Below, piece by piece: positions 36,844-50,539 of a stretch of 64,000 bases of DNA (its first letter is position 1; each line of letters begins with the position of its first letter). Source of the DNA: Macrostomum hystrix (lineage: Eukaryota > Animalia > Platyhelminthes). The notes under the pieces are model-generated. The model made no database searches, was not told the origin of the DNA, and saw only the letters and a program-made list of their open reading frames with translations. Position numbers and translations under genes: made by a program. Location: the NCBI GenBank assembly GCA_950097015.1, contig CATNEN010000014.1:1240001-1304000 (forward strand), given 5' to 3'.

Positions 36844-37905
36844 GGGCTGCAACAAATGAACTCCTGTAATTAGGCTTAACATTCATTGTTCTACAGTATT
36901 ACACAGGTGATAATTTGAATGCATTAAAAAATAATTACTCAGATTATAATTAAAGAGTCAATGAGCTCATTGCAGAAAAGTATAATTGGCATTTAAATAA
37001 GCCAACAGCTGATGGCTTTTTGAGTATCACTATAGTTTAAAAGAGAAACTCGAAGAGAAAGAAATACCATAAAAAAGAATTTAGTATAAATTAACAACTA
37101 TTTTTTGTCATTTCTAAATTTTTTTTTGCAGAAGCCTGTGTTATAGGTAATAATTTTATTTAGTATTACTGCTTGCTGATAAATTATAACATTATACATT
37201 TTCTAAAAACAAAGATTCGGTATAATCTTGGAAGGCTATCTTGGAACGCTACTGCAATACTCCATGAAAATTAAGAGTAAATCTAGAAATTAAGGTAAGA
37301 TTTTCTTAGCAAAAACATTTTAAAGGATTTGGCCTACAGCTTTGATATAGCTGGTCATATATGATTATATAATCAAATAGGGACTATAAATTGACTTATG
37401 TAGCATTGGAACATAAATCAAATATTTGCAATTAGCCAAGAAGACTAAATTTTGAATTTAGGAGCCCATGAGACTAGCTAGATATGATTGTAAAATGATT
37501 ACTAAGCTAATATGAACTTAATTTTTTATAAGAAGTATAAAAGTATGAATAGGATAGTATTTAAACAAAAACATTCAAAATACAACAGCTTTCTGAGCTT
37601 ATAAATATATTTTTAGTATAAATTTAACATGGAGTATACTCTATAGGTGAAAGAGAATAAAGGAAGATGAAGAGAAGAAGAGAAAAAAAACAGAGAGAGA
37701 GTGGAAGGGAAAGAGAAGAAAAACGGTGTATAAATTACTATTAGAAAAGAAAGAAATAAGAAGAGAAAAAACTGAGAAAATAAGTAAGTGAAATTTTTAC
37801 TTAAGAAATTTCACGTCTATACTTCTAGTACCAGAAAAATTTTGTTATAGCAAACAAAAATTGACAAGCTTGTCTAACTGATGAAATACTTATATATGGG
37901 TCAGA

Positions 37906-40208
37906 GATATATATGGGAAGAGATGCCAAACCGCGACACGCTGGTGGTGCTCGGAGACCTAAACGCAGTTCCACGTAGGTCTGAACGATCGCCTTTCGTT
38001 ACGGGACGCGAGAACGCCAACACGGATGCGCTGGAGGACCTACTAGAACGGCTGGACCTGATGTCAATTAACACCCGTTTCCGCAAGCCACCGGCCCGCC
38101 TGGTCACCTTCGCGGGCTGCAAGAGGAGACGACGGAACGCGCGAGGACGGAATGCCACGAGGCGGCTGGCGCAACTCGATCATGTGCTGGTCCGCGCTCG
38201 CGAGCACCGCCGCGTCATCAACTGCGACACCATGGCTCCGCTGGCTCTCCGGTCTGACCACTGACTCCTGCTCTGCGACCTGCGGCTCAACGACCCGCTC
38301 TACCGACCTCCGAAGCAGCGGCCACGGCGCTACTATCGTGCCTTGTTGGACCCCCGCGTAAAGTACCAATTCGCGGGCGCCTTCGCTGGCGCGCTTGGAA
38401 ACCAGCGCGAAGCGGAGTACGCCGACATCAGCACTGCCGTGAGAACTGCAGCTGAGAAGACGGTCCCGCTGATGCGACCGGCGGAGCGGACGCAGCCAGT
38501 CTGGCAGAGCGATCCAACGATCAGGCAGGCGCGGCTAAAGATCCCGACGGCCCACTGGTGACGCCGAGGAGGCGCTCGCGCGTCTTCTGGACACGCGGCA
38601 GCAGGCCGCAGTCGACGACGCCATCCAGTCCATCACAGCAGCTGGCCCCGACATGAGGAGCCGCGCAGTGTGGACGGCCGTTCGGACCCTTACGGGGCGC
38701 AAGAGGCGTGTGGCGCTAAATATGGCCGGCGACACTCCGGAGGAGCGCAGGAATGAATTGTGCGACTTCTTCGCCGGCATTGTAAACGCACCCTCGCCCC
38801 CGCTGCCAGCCAGTTTCGCACTGCCGACGGACACGGCCCTGCCAGCTGAGGAGGATTTTCGCACCAGCCCAGTCACTGTGGAGGATGTTGTACGGTTCGC
38901 TCGGAGAACATCTGGCGGCAAGGCGCTCGGCCCCGACGAGGTTCCGGTCGAGGCGCTGCGGCTCCGCTGTGTGGCTTCCCAAGTCACAAGCGCCATGAAC
39001 CGCGTGCTCGCCAGCGCCCCTGCGCCCACCGAGTGGACCGTAGCACACATCGTGCCGATCCCGAAGAAGGCCGGGACAACGCGGAAAGAAGATCACCGCG
39101 GGATCTCGCTTATGTCCTGCACCGCAAAGCTTTTCAACCGACTGCTTCTCGATCGCCTGCAGTCGGTGCTGGACCCGTACCTCCGTTACGAGCAGAACGG
39201 GTTCCGGCCACAGCGCGGTACAGTAACCCAGATCCTCGCACTCCGCCGTGTCATCGAGGAGGCGCGTATCCGCCAGTCAACGCTGATCGTCGTGTTTGTC
39301 GACTTCCGCAAGGCGTTTGACTCGGTGTCGAGGGCCGCGCTTCCACTAGTCCTTCGTGCCTACCGGGTCCCAGAGCAGCTAGTTGCCGCTGTCATGTCGC
39401 TGTATCGCGACACGCGCGCTGCTGTTGTTACGGCGGACGGCCTGTCCGACCTGTTTGCCACCTCGTCAGGAGTGCTGCAGGGCGACACGCTGGCCCCGTT
39501 CCTCTTCGTGCTTCTCCTGGACTGGGTGCTTCGGACTGCGCTCCCCTCGGCTGAAGACGGCTTCCTGCTACGCAGACGCATCGGTCGCGGCCACGATGAG
39601 AAGCGCCTCAGTGTGCTTGGCTACGCCGACGACCTCGCCCTCTTGTCCTCGACTGTCGAAGGTGCCCAGCGCCAGATTGACAGGTTGGCTGAGGTGGCAT
39701 CAAGCGTCGGCCTAGTGATCAACACGCTTAAGACCGAGGTGCTGACCGTGCCGGCCGACATCCCAGCGGACCTGACGTGCCGCGGCGCAGACGGGCAGAT
39801 CATCTCGCTCGCACGCTGCCAGCGCTTCACTTACCTCGGCGGTCTGGTGCCCAACGTGGAAGACGACATCCGGCGGCGCAGAGGACTCGCATGGGCGGCC
39901 ATGGGCGAGAGAGCTCAGCTGCAACGCCCGTCCACCATCCTGCGCCAGCGACGACTTCGACTAGCGGGCCACGTCATTCGGGCCGAAAGCTACTGCCGCC
40001 AGCCCGCCCAGGACGTCCTTCTGCTCACCCTGCAGGGCCCGTTCAGGCGCGGCCAGGCTCGGACCCGCCGCTACGTCGACTGCCTGCTGAGCGACGCCAG
40101 GGCGCCCGACACTGCCTCCGGCGCGGACCATGTTTGCGCGCTGGCTCTGCGGCGCATCATTTGACGCCGCCCCCAACGTTTGGGGCTTGCGTATTTTGTT
40201 GTTGTTGT
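37906..40208 (+). mobile_element. 5'-truncated, mutated non-LTR retrotransposon (RTE/RTEX-like; partial APE endonuclease + RT)
   Basis: APE motifs VLGDLNA, LDHVL, RSDH followed by an in-frame TGA (38262-38264) and a frameshift near 38550. RT motifs HRGISL, QNGFR, DFRKAFDS, GVLQGDTLAP, YADD. (TTG)n tail. 11-bp TSD TATGGGTCAGA (37895-37905 / 40209-40219). Confidence 0.9.
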
Positions 40209-43200
40209 TATGGGTCAGAAAATATTATAATTACGAATAAGATAAATTAATATTTATCTTGCGCAAAACAAACAACAAATAGCAAATCCATATGTGACGG
40301 TGTAACATTAGGTAGTTTAATTGCTTATTTATTCTATAGTAATTCGCTACATTACAAATTGCTGACAATATTATTATTTATATGCTAAGCACGTTTACTA
40401 ATTATTGTTATATGGTAGGGTAATGTCCATCAACCAAACAGTGTATCTTCAAAACCAAGCAAGAATTTCAACTTCTTCCTTGGTCTTGTGCAAGACAGAA
40501 ACAAGCTATTGTGTTGTTTACAAACAACTAATTTGAAAGTTGAAGAAATTATCTACAAGCTGAGGCATGATGTGCAATGAAGCATTAAGAGGAAAGAAAG
40601 ATAATGATGTTTCAGTAGAAATTTTTATTGCAAAAGCATACTTTTTAACAACATTTTTTAGTATGTACTTTAGATGAAGATTGTATGTGGTTGCTTGCCA
40701 ATTAAATGACCATAAATGTAGTTATTTATAGAACATGAAAAATGCTTTCAAATTACATAATTCATGATAGTTCACACCTTAAAATAAGATTAAACCACTC
40801 ACTCAAATTGTAAAACCAAACATCAAATTCTCTGTTTGGTTTGAAGATACATGAAAATCATTGTTTGGTTTTAGATAAAAAGCAGGAATAACTTTTTTCT
40901 ATTTGATAGCATAGCAAAAGCAGATACCTTTTAGAAAGATGTAACTGTTTTCTATAACTTGGCTTTTGATTTATCATCATATCTTAAATAGAAAATCTGT
41001 AGCTTAGGTTTGAAGTTACAATAATACACATTCTTGTTTGGTTGATGATACATTACCCTATCATTCTAAGAATTATCTGTGTTTTTTTAAAAGCAACACA
41101 TGTATATTTTTCTGCTCTACCGGGCCTTGTGTCGAGCGTGTGAGCATCGAGATAACTTTGGAAATATATGTATATATACATACTTATTTATATCAAATAT
41201 AATTCGACGATATTACGCTACACTAATCTTAGTCCTTTGTCCTTACCGTTATTCGTCACACAAGTTTCATTTTTTTACAAAAAGGTTTTCAAATTAATTT
41301 TTTATAAAATAAAACAAATTTCCACATATAAGTAAGTAAAGGAATGAAAAATATGTTTATTAACAAACACACCTTAATTTTATTATTATATATTTATATT
41401 CGTAAACTTCAGCGAAGCTAAAAATATCTGCTTAACTTTTGTGCTTTGCAGGCTTAATTCACAAGGACCAACCTACTACGAAGACCATCTTCTTCTAGGG
41501 GTCCTTGTTAATACGTACATCATATACTTGATGTATCGAAAGCAAATATTTCAGAGCCCTGACTAGTCGCATCTCGGAGTTGTAGACCCTGGAGCCCCCC
41601 TGCACTCTGAGATACGAGAGTTTTGTTAGCGTATAGAGTTGCACAACGTGTGGCCGGATGTAATGCGCAATTGGTATTGCAGAAAAATATTTTTATCATG
41701 GCGTACACAAATGTACAAAATTTTTTGTATTTTTTTAAAATTATTTTAATTACTATAAATGCCCTCTAATGTGTTGTGGTCTTAAGCTTTTGAAGTGAGT
41801 GTTGAGAGTTCTGCAAGCCTCGTGTGTGCACGTTGCTTCGCATTTGGTAGTGCCAATTTTGAAGCATCCTCTATTACATTTTATTTTATCGGTAAGGCCT
41901 GACAAAATAAGTGTTCTCGGGTGTGTACCATGCTCGATCTGTTTTACCCTAGTAGCTGGACTATCGAATCAGCTGCTTTATCTGCTTCTTGCTTGCTATC
42001 TCATGTCCCTATTCGAACATCCCATGCATAAATTTTGGAGTATAAAGCCTACAGGAAAGCTGATTTCAATCGTCTGCTAACATATCAATATGTTTTTAAC
42101 CATTATTTTCAGTCTCCGCATCATTGCTTTACTTTCAATTTTCTTTATTTGCATATATTATAGCGACCCACAATCGACGCATTTTTTGAACTGCGCCTGA
42201 ATATTTTCAAGACTGATGAGTGCCTTCGCAAATCATTTCCCTGTCCCTATGGTGCTTGCAGGCAAATTCTGAGCAGGCTTTCAGCAAAGAACGCTATTGA
42301 AAACCGTCGAGTTGTCTGGCTGTATTATGAGCGTAAAATTGTCGGTAAGTCAAAATCTTCTTATTCAAAAAGTAAGAAAACTGCTTATCTTAAATCTGCA
42401 GTCGATAGATCCACTCGAGTTGCTGTTGCTGCTTCTGTTGTGCCTGCCCTATGTGTGCTCATATACGGTTGTTTTTGCACAAATCACGTTTTTCGATTTT
42501 GACAGTCAATTGTAACAAAATTTTGCAACTGACAGACGTTAATGTCAGACTTTTTCTGAGAGTAGTCATCTAGGTGTTTCTAATAAGTACAAATTTTGGC
42601 TCATTCTTATGCTTCCCCTATCCTTAGTATAGGTACAAGGTCATTATTTCATTTCAAGCAAGTCACGTGACCAGCTGGCCTGAGGTGTACAAAACATCGT
42701 GCAATGACAGCGAACATACACTCAAATAAAAGTACGTCAAAAATGTAGTTCAATGACACCAAGCACGCCGCGCTTCGGTAATCCGCTCAGAAGTTACAGG
42801 CTAAAAAGTATGTTCGATATGCAAGCCCCCCGTACTGTCGTTAAAGTTTACATTTCCGTACCGGCAACGACTTCAATAAACTAAGACAAAAATTCAAGAT
42901 ATATATATTGTGTGCAATTTAGTTGTGTACCTTGTCTAAAAAGTCAGATTTTCCTAGCATGTCCTCGTTTCTTATTTTTTGTATATTTGTATCATGAAAA
43001 ATGCAAAAAAATAGCCTAAATAATCACGTTTTGACTTTAGCAGTGTACTAGCAAGTTTTGCCCCCTTCGGGGAGCACTACTGGTCAGACAAAAAAATCTT
43101 GTGCCATGCGGAAGGACAAAACACACCTGAAAGCAAACAAAAACGTAAACTCATTTGGTCAGTAATAATTTCCCTGATTGCGAATATACGTTATTGCGAG

Positions 43201-43397
43201 TTAACGAAAATTAGAATTCTCACTAAATACAAAAATAGTCAGGCTGAGCTTGAATACATTCTGAGACATCCGGTCAGTACACCAAGAGCCCCATTGGGGC
43301 AAAAATAACCCAAGTAACTTACGTTTCATACAACTCAGCTTAATGCTACTGAGGTACATGTGAATACTATCCACTCAGCAATAAAAAATTAATGTCC

Positions 43398-44162
43398 CCA
43401 CAGCAGCAGAGAACTAATTCCCCCCCAGCAGCAAAGAACTAATTCCCCCAGCAGCAGAGAATTAATTCCCCCCTAATTCCCTCCAGCAGCAGTGAACTAA
43501 TTCCCCCCAGCAGCAGAGAACTAATTCCCCCCAGCAGCAGTGAACTAATTCCCCCCTCAGCAGCAGAGAACTAATTCCCCCCAGCAGCAGTGAACTAATT
43601 CCCCCCAGCAGCAGTGAACTAATTCCCCCCAGCAGCAGTGAACTAATTCCCCCCAGCAGCAGAGAACTAATTCCCCCCAGCAGCAGTGAACTAATTCCCC
43701 CCTCAGCAGCAGAGAACTAATTCCCCCCAGCAGCAGAGAACTAATTCCCCCCAGCAGCAGAGAACTAATTCCCCCCAGCAGCAGAGAACTAATTCCCCCC
43801 CAGCAGCAGAGAACTAATTCCCCTCAGCAGCAGTGAACTAATTCCCCCCAGCAGCAGTGAACTAATTCCCCCCAGCAGCAGAGAACTAATTCCCCCCCAG
43901 CAGCAGAGAACTAATTCCCCCCAGCAGCAGAGAACTAATTCCCCCTAATTCCCCTCAGCAGCAGAGAACTAATTCCCCCTAATTCCCCTCAGCAGCAAAG
44001 AACTAACTCCCCCCCAGCAGCAGAGAACTAATTCCCCCCCTCAGCAGCAGAGAACTAATTCCCCCCCCAGCAGCAGAGAACTAATTCCCCCCAGCAGCGG
44101 AGAACTAATTCCCCCTAATTCCCCTCAGCAGCAGAGAATTAATTCCCCCCTAATTCCCCTCA
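43398..44162. repeat. ~24-bp minisatellite (CAGCAGCAGAGAACTAATTCCCCC)n; continues at 47573-47660 and 50043-50493
   Basis: The same unit lies on both sides of the LINE and again after the 2.3-kb block. Confidence 0.95.
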
Positions 44163-47100
44163 CCACCCTGGTCGAACTCTGCTCTGCCAGGAATTATGAT
44201 CTCATGGTCGCCGGCGATATCAACGCCCACCATACCCACTGGGTCAGCACAGGGATAAACCAGAGAGGCGAAGACCTCCTGTCCTATGTTACCTCTACGA
44301 CCCTGGAGTTCTGTAACTCCGGGTCTACGCCTACCTTCGACAATGGACGCTGGTCAGAGGTGATTGACGCCACGCTCGCTTCACCCAAGCTCTTTCAGAG
44401 TATCGTGGAGTGGCGCGTTCTCCCGGAGCCATCCCTCTCTGACCATAAGTTCATTCACTTTCATGTGGCGAGCGCTCGCAGCCTTAACCACATCACGTGG
44501 AGACAGAACGCCAGAAATACTGATTGGGAAGCCTTCAGGCATGCCTTGGAGGCAACCCATCGGTCTTCGGGCCAACCACCCACTATTTCGACGTGCCGAG
44601 AGGCGGACGAGTGCGCGACTGTTTTAACAGAAACGCTAACCGCCGCCTTCGAGGCAGCCTGTCCCCTAAAAGCCTACAAAGGGAAGACATCTGCGCCGTG
44701 GTGGAATCCTCAGCTCGGCGACCTCCGTCGCAGAGCGAAGAAATTACACCGCAGAGCGAACAAAACCAGGAGCCCTGCAGACAGACCGCCTACCTTGAAG
44801 CCATCCATGAGTTCAAGAGGGAGATCAGGACTGCCAAGGCCTAGAAGTGGCGTCAATACTGCGAGGAGCTAGAGGGCTCACGCCCCACCTCCAGGATTGT
44901 CAAAGCACTTACGCTAGACAAAATGTCCAAGCTCTCCTCGGTTAAGCGAACCGACGGCACGTCAACTGACAACCCAGGAGAAACGCTTGAGGTCATGCTC
45001 TCTGCCTTCTTCCCCAACGAGCCAACCAACCTGACCACCTCAGACCACACTGAGGGAGGCCAGATGCTGGCTGCCTCTATCATCACGGAGGACCGCATCG
45101 TTAAAGCGGCCACCTCCTTTAAGCCTTTCAAGGCTCCAGGACCTGATGGCATCGTACCTGCCTTTCTTAGAGAGGCGGTTAAATGCCCAGGTTTCCTGCG
45201 CTCTCTTTGCAGCCTCTATCGAGCCTGCATCACGCTCGGGTACGTCCCGCAGGCATGGACCGAGGCGAAGGTGATTTTTATCCCGAAGCCAGGCCGCCCG
45301 GACTACCAGTCCATTAAATCCTTCAGACCAATCAGCCTAACCACCTTCCTGGTCAAGCTGATGGAGAGACTAGTGCTGTGGCGCCTTCTCTCAGTGGAAC
45401 TGAAGAACGCGCCGCTCAGCGACAACCAGCATGCTTTTCGGGCGGGTCGCTCCACCGAAAGCGCGCTGCACATTCTGGTCGACAAATTGGAGAAAGCTGT
45501 GCTTGGCACCGGCTTCGCCTGAAGTGTCTTCCTGGATATTGATGGTGCCTTTGACAACGTCCTCTTCGAAGCGTTCCGCAAAGCCCTTTACGAGAGGCAC
45601 ACTCACTCGTCCCTCACCAGATGGATCATGTATATGATCAGTCATCGCACGGTCACTGCCAACCTGCTGGGCCACCAACGGACGGTCCCCGTCCGCAAAG
45701 GGAGCCCGCAGGGAGGGGTCCTCTCTCCTATTCTCTGGAACATGGTCATTGACGAGCTCCTCCGAGACGATCGTCCTGACCCAATCCTGAAGGTGGGGTA
45801 TGCGGACGATGTCACTGCTGTGGCATCTGGCCCATCCCCTGACACTCTCAGGGACCTCCTTCAGAATTTCATCCACTCTGCTGAACAATGGGCGGGTCGC
45901 TGTGGTCTGAAGCTCTCCGAGACCAAGACTGCAGTGATCATGTTCACCAGCAGAAACAAGTGGCAGATACAGCCGCTTAGGCTTTACGGTAAGGAAAAGG
46001 ATCACCCTGGACCATAGGCTGAACTGGTCTCCCCATGTTCAAACCAAAACCAAGAGGGCCCTCGCGATCCTCGCGCAGCTGCGGAGGGCCGTTGGCACCA
46101 CCTGGGGGCTCACCCCCAAGCGCCTCTGGTGGATCTATACTGCAATGGTCAGGCCAGCTGTCTCGTACGGCAGCTTGATCTGGGCCAGTGCCCTGCAGAT
46201 GAAGACCTGCCTGGAGGCACTTAGGAAAACGCAAGGGCGCGCTTGTCGCATGACCATGAGTGCCCCACCGTCTGCTCCTTACGACGGCCTCAATGCCTTC
46301 CTCGACGCTCCCCCGCTGGACATTTTTGTCCGCAGGGAAGCCGCCAAAACAGCGCGTCGGCTCATTGACGCCGGCGTCCGCTTCACGCCGCAAAGAGCAA
46401 TGGCAAAGCGCAAACTTCTGCCTCACACCGATCTGTGCCTTCGTGACTTGAAAGATGGCGGCGGACTCCACGTCTTATCTGACGGCGAACCACGCACTCT
46501 CAATCTCACCCAGCGCTACAAAATCATCATTCCCTCGAGGGAAGACGCTAACGACCACTGGAACCACCAGGAGGTCCACTGCTACACGGACGGATCCCTA
46601 AAAGACGGCCTTGCCGGCTTTGGGGTCTGCATCCTGATCAACGGCCGCGTCGTCGCCACGCATGCCCAACATACTGGGAGACTCTCTACGGTCTTCCAGA
46701 ATGAAATCCTTGCCATCAGCTTTTGTGCCGCAGAGCTGAATGCCAGGAATACGAGAGGAGAGACTATCATCATCCACTCTGACAGCCAAGCGGCCTTACA
46801 AGCCCTTTGCCGCACCACCACGTGCTCCCGGACAGTCACTGACTGTGCCCGGCAACTCAACCTCCTGGCCAGTAACAACACGGTCAAGCTGAGCTGGATC
46901 CCAGGGCATGCGGGCTTCCCAGGGAACGAGCTTGCGGATACCCTTGCCAAGCAAGGTGGCTCTGGCTCTCTCGATCCTGGGCCCTGCTCCCCTGGTCCCG
47001 ATCCCCATCACGGTCATCAATCGCCTTATTGATGACTGGGCTGAATCCCTGCACAGGGACAGATGGGCGGGCACCCAGAACTGTCGGCAATCCCGTGCCG

Positions 47101-47572
47101 CAGTTCCGCGCCCGTCTCGCAGGCTCCTTTTGAACCAAAACCGGAAGGATATCCGCGCCCTCGCCATGACCCTCACGGGCCACGGCTACCTCGCTAGGCA
47201 CTGTTTCCTCCGGGGCGACCTTGAGAGTGAACTCTGCCCATTCTGTGAGTACGACATCGAAGATGCTGAGCACTTTGTGTGTCACTGCCCTTTCTTTAAC
47301 AGAGACCGACTACGCTACCTCGGGCCCAACCCGTCTATGGACGAGATCTGCCAGCCCGACAGCATTCCACGGCTCGTCCAGTTCCTTCGTGCAACAAGAC
47401 GAGCCACTTTCTTCCCTACGGAAGACAACGCTGCAGGACGGACCGGCGGACCACCCTGACCGGCCCCGCGCCCTTGCCTGTCTGCGGGCCTACAGGGGTT
47501 AGCGGTATGGGCGACCCTCGCCTCCCCGCTGCGTCCATGGACCACCCTGCAGCTAAGTCAAGTAAGTAAGTC
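44163..47572 (+). mobile_element. 5'-truncated non-LTR retrotransposon with APE, RT, RNase H and C-terminal Cys/His knuckle (I-group; LOA/R1-like)
   Basis: VAGDINAHH...LSDHKFI (APE); KAPGPDGI, FRPISLT, FLDIDGAFD, GSPQGGVLSP, YADD (RT); CYTDGS, EILAI, SDSQAAL, WIPGHAG..GNELAD (RNase H); CPFC...EHFVCHC. Premature stops and frameshifts. (TAAG)-type tail. AATTCCCCTCA on both flanks (44152-44162 / 47573-47583). Confidence 0.9.
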
Positions 47573-50539
47573 AATTCCCCTCAGCAGCAAAGAACTAATT
47601 CCCCCCAGCAGCAGAGAACTAATCCCCCCCTGCAGCAGAGAACTAATCCCCCCAGCAGCAAATAACCATTTTAAACCAATAAACAAATTAAAAAAATTAA
47701 GAACTGATGTGGAGTGTGCTGCGGGAATCGAGTGGGAGTGTGAGCCAGCATAATTTTTCAAATTTTTAAGTGTCTAATAATTGCGACCCACGTAGCAGCT
47801 GGCCGCAAACACGATCATTAATCTTAGGGCCGGGTTTTGGGCGGCGGTGAATTAAGTAGCCGTCGAATCCCTTCTCCCTGGATCTGTCTAGACCCCTGTA
47901 GGAATGACTGATCGCGGCCATAGCTTTTATTGTATGAGTAGTTTAGGTCATAATTCCCCTCCAAACCGCGATCAGATATAGGGGATCACTCGGGCGTTAT
48001 GAGTGATCATTAATTCTTCATGTCCCCTCTTCTTTACAGTATTCGAGCCCAGCTCGACTTTATGACCTCCCTCCTTTAGATACATGTAAATGTCACTGTA
48101 GGCAGGTCGGCGCCTGCGCTTCCCATTGTCCTGGCGGAGTAACAATCATTGGCCGACTGCCGACGGCTGTTCGAGCAGAACATCTGTCGTTTCCCGCAGT
48201 CGGTTCATTGGGTAATCGGGGTGGCCATTGCCGCTTCGATTCCCCGTTGACAGGCTGGCGCGAATGTGGGTTGCTTTGATGGATGTCGGGGTTGGCGTGC
48301 TGCAGGACTATTTAAGAAGGCGCGCTGCGCTGCCCCTAGTGGAACCTTTTTCCTTCCGGAGGACCTTTTTCTCCCGCCGGCTCTTCCCCTTCTCCCCTGC
48401 CGGACTTACCTTTGCCGGGCCGGACTCCCACCGGACCCAGAGCACCTTTCCGGACCCACGTAGGGCATAGACCCCTGAGCCTTGAGCTCCGAGCAGATAG
48501 TGCAGGCCAATTGCCTGTTTCCATTCCCTAAGCGCAAGCCACCTCTTTAGGTGAGCTCCAAATTGAGCCTCTGAGCTCCCAGTGTGTTGGCCCCTGCCAA
48601 CTCGCAGAAGTTTCTTCCCTCTGCCTTACTGTCTTGCCCATCCTTTCTCCCCGAGAACAACGGGACTGCAGCACGCGGCCAAACGAGATCCAGCTAAGTA
48701 ATCCGCGCAGCGGTTTATTATTGTTAATCCTAAGGGACAATTTACTTTTAGTTAGGCGGCACTTAGCGGGAGGGGAGTTAGGGAAGTTTTCAGCCTAATA
48801 AAACCACTTAATCTAAAGCACCTTTAACTTATTGGGCTTAGCTTTATAACAACTTAACTCCTTTTATTATGTCTCCTTTTTACTTTTATTTTATCAATAT
48901 ACAGCCCTCGGTCATGAGTGGCTAATCGCCTAGGGGGCGGGCTCTGGCACAGCCGAGCTGAAAGCTGCGGCAGGAAGGCAATTGTAAGCGCGCATGAGAG
49001 TAATATGGAGCTAGGGATTTGCAAGTAAAATGCGGAGTGTAGCACGTGTTGTCTTTCTGCCCAGGGGTGGGGAATTCCTTGGCGGGTTTTCCTCTCTTTC
49101 TGGCGGAACTGGGAGTGTGTGTCAAGCTCCTCTGCCAATTGAGTTTCCCTTCCGTTCCCCCTCCCGCTTCCACCGCCAAGGGAGTGGGGGGTGATGATCT
49201 TTTAATCTTACGCTCGCATAATCACTCAGCCAGTGTTCAGCTTAATCTCTCCTGCCTCTGATTTCCTCAACTCGCACAGACTCGGGTTGCTAGTTATCTA
49301 ATGTGTAGGCTGCAGTCTAATGTACCGAATGTGTCTGATGTTTCATGAGTAGGATTCTGGCTATGGATTTCACTTTCGGGTTCGGAGTACCACCTTTCTA
49401 GACCACTGTAGCGCAAATTCAGGAATCCCCTGGTGAGGCGTGTCTCGATCCATTCTGGGGTCTTCACCCTAGTCTAAAACGGAAGTTACAGAAGGCTCTA
49501 TTTTTTCGGCTTGTCTAAGATCTGTGTGACAAACTAGGAGCCGCGAGCTCCGGGGACCCAAGTTCCCAAATGTCTGCGGTGGCAACGTAGGCGCATTGGG
49601 TGGTGGCGCTACCCTAGATCATTTTCCGCTTTGCCGATAGCCTTTCCGCATTTCTAAGACAAGAGCCTAGGCCGAGTCGACCACTGCTACCAAGTTTAGG
49701 AGTCAGTTACGAACATGCTACTGATGACAGTAGGCTGCATAGCCCTGTCCTATCCGTCTGCGGGTAGTCCGACATCTATTTAGACTTTTAGCCGGTTTCG
49801 AGCACTGCTTGGGGTAGGCACGGCAGTCATGCCTGTGGCCTATGGGTTGAGTGGGACTGGCCAGCCTGAGGCCGAGAGGACCACTCCCTGCATCCACTGT
49901 CTCTCCCTTCATCTCTCCCTTCATCCCTCTTTCCGCGGCAACTCGCGAGACTTTGCGGTACGACTTCCGACTCTATCGCCATCCCCACACTCCTTTCCTT
50001 CACGAGGACAGATCATCGGATTGCAAAACCCGCAGCTATTTCAGAACTAATTCCCCCCCCAGCAGCAGAGAACTAATTCCCCATAATTCCCCTCAGCAGC
50101 AGAGAATTAATTCCCTCCTAATTCCCCTCAGCAGCAAAGAACTAATTCCCCCCTGCAGCAAAGAACTAACTCCCCTCAGCAGCAAAGAACTAATTCCCCC
50201 CTGCAGCAAAGAACTAATTCCCCTCAGCAGCAAAGAACTAATTCCCCCCTGCAGCAAAGAACTAATTCCCCTCAGCAGCAAAGAACTAACTCCCCTCAGC
50301 AGCAAAGAACTAATTCCCCCCTGCAGCAAAGAACTAATTCCCCTCAGCAGCAAAGAACTAATTCCCCCCTGCAGCAAAGAACTAATTCCCCTCAGCAGCA
50401 AAGAACTAATTCCCCCCTGCAGCAAAGAACTAATTCCCCCCTGCAGCAAAGAACTAATTCCCCCAGCAGCAGAGAGCTAATCCCCCCAGCAGCAAATAAC
50501 CATTTTTAACCAATAAACGAATTAAAAAACTTTTAGACG

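Noticed and set aside
41490-42520. Short coding-looking minus-strand stretches (RVYNSEMRLVRALKYLL..., DSKQEADKAADSIVQLLG...)
   Set aside because: They are interrupted by stops and have no identifiable motif; possibly decayed TE, but unsupported.
42662-42671. GTCACGTGAC E-box/CLEAR palindrome
   Set aside because: Single short motif with no identified downstream gene.
47700-50042. Complete LTR retrotransposon
   Set aside because: No pair of matching LTRs, no TG...CA ends and no pol domains; kept only as an unexplained block.
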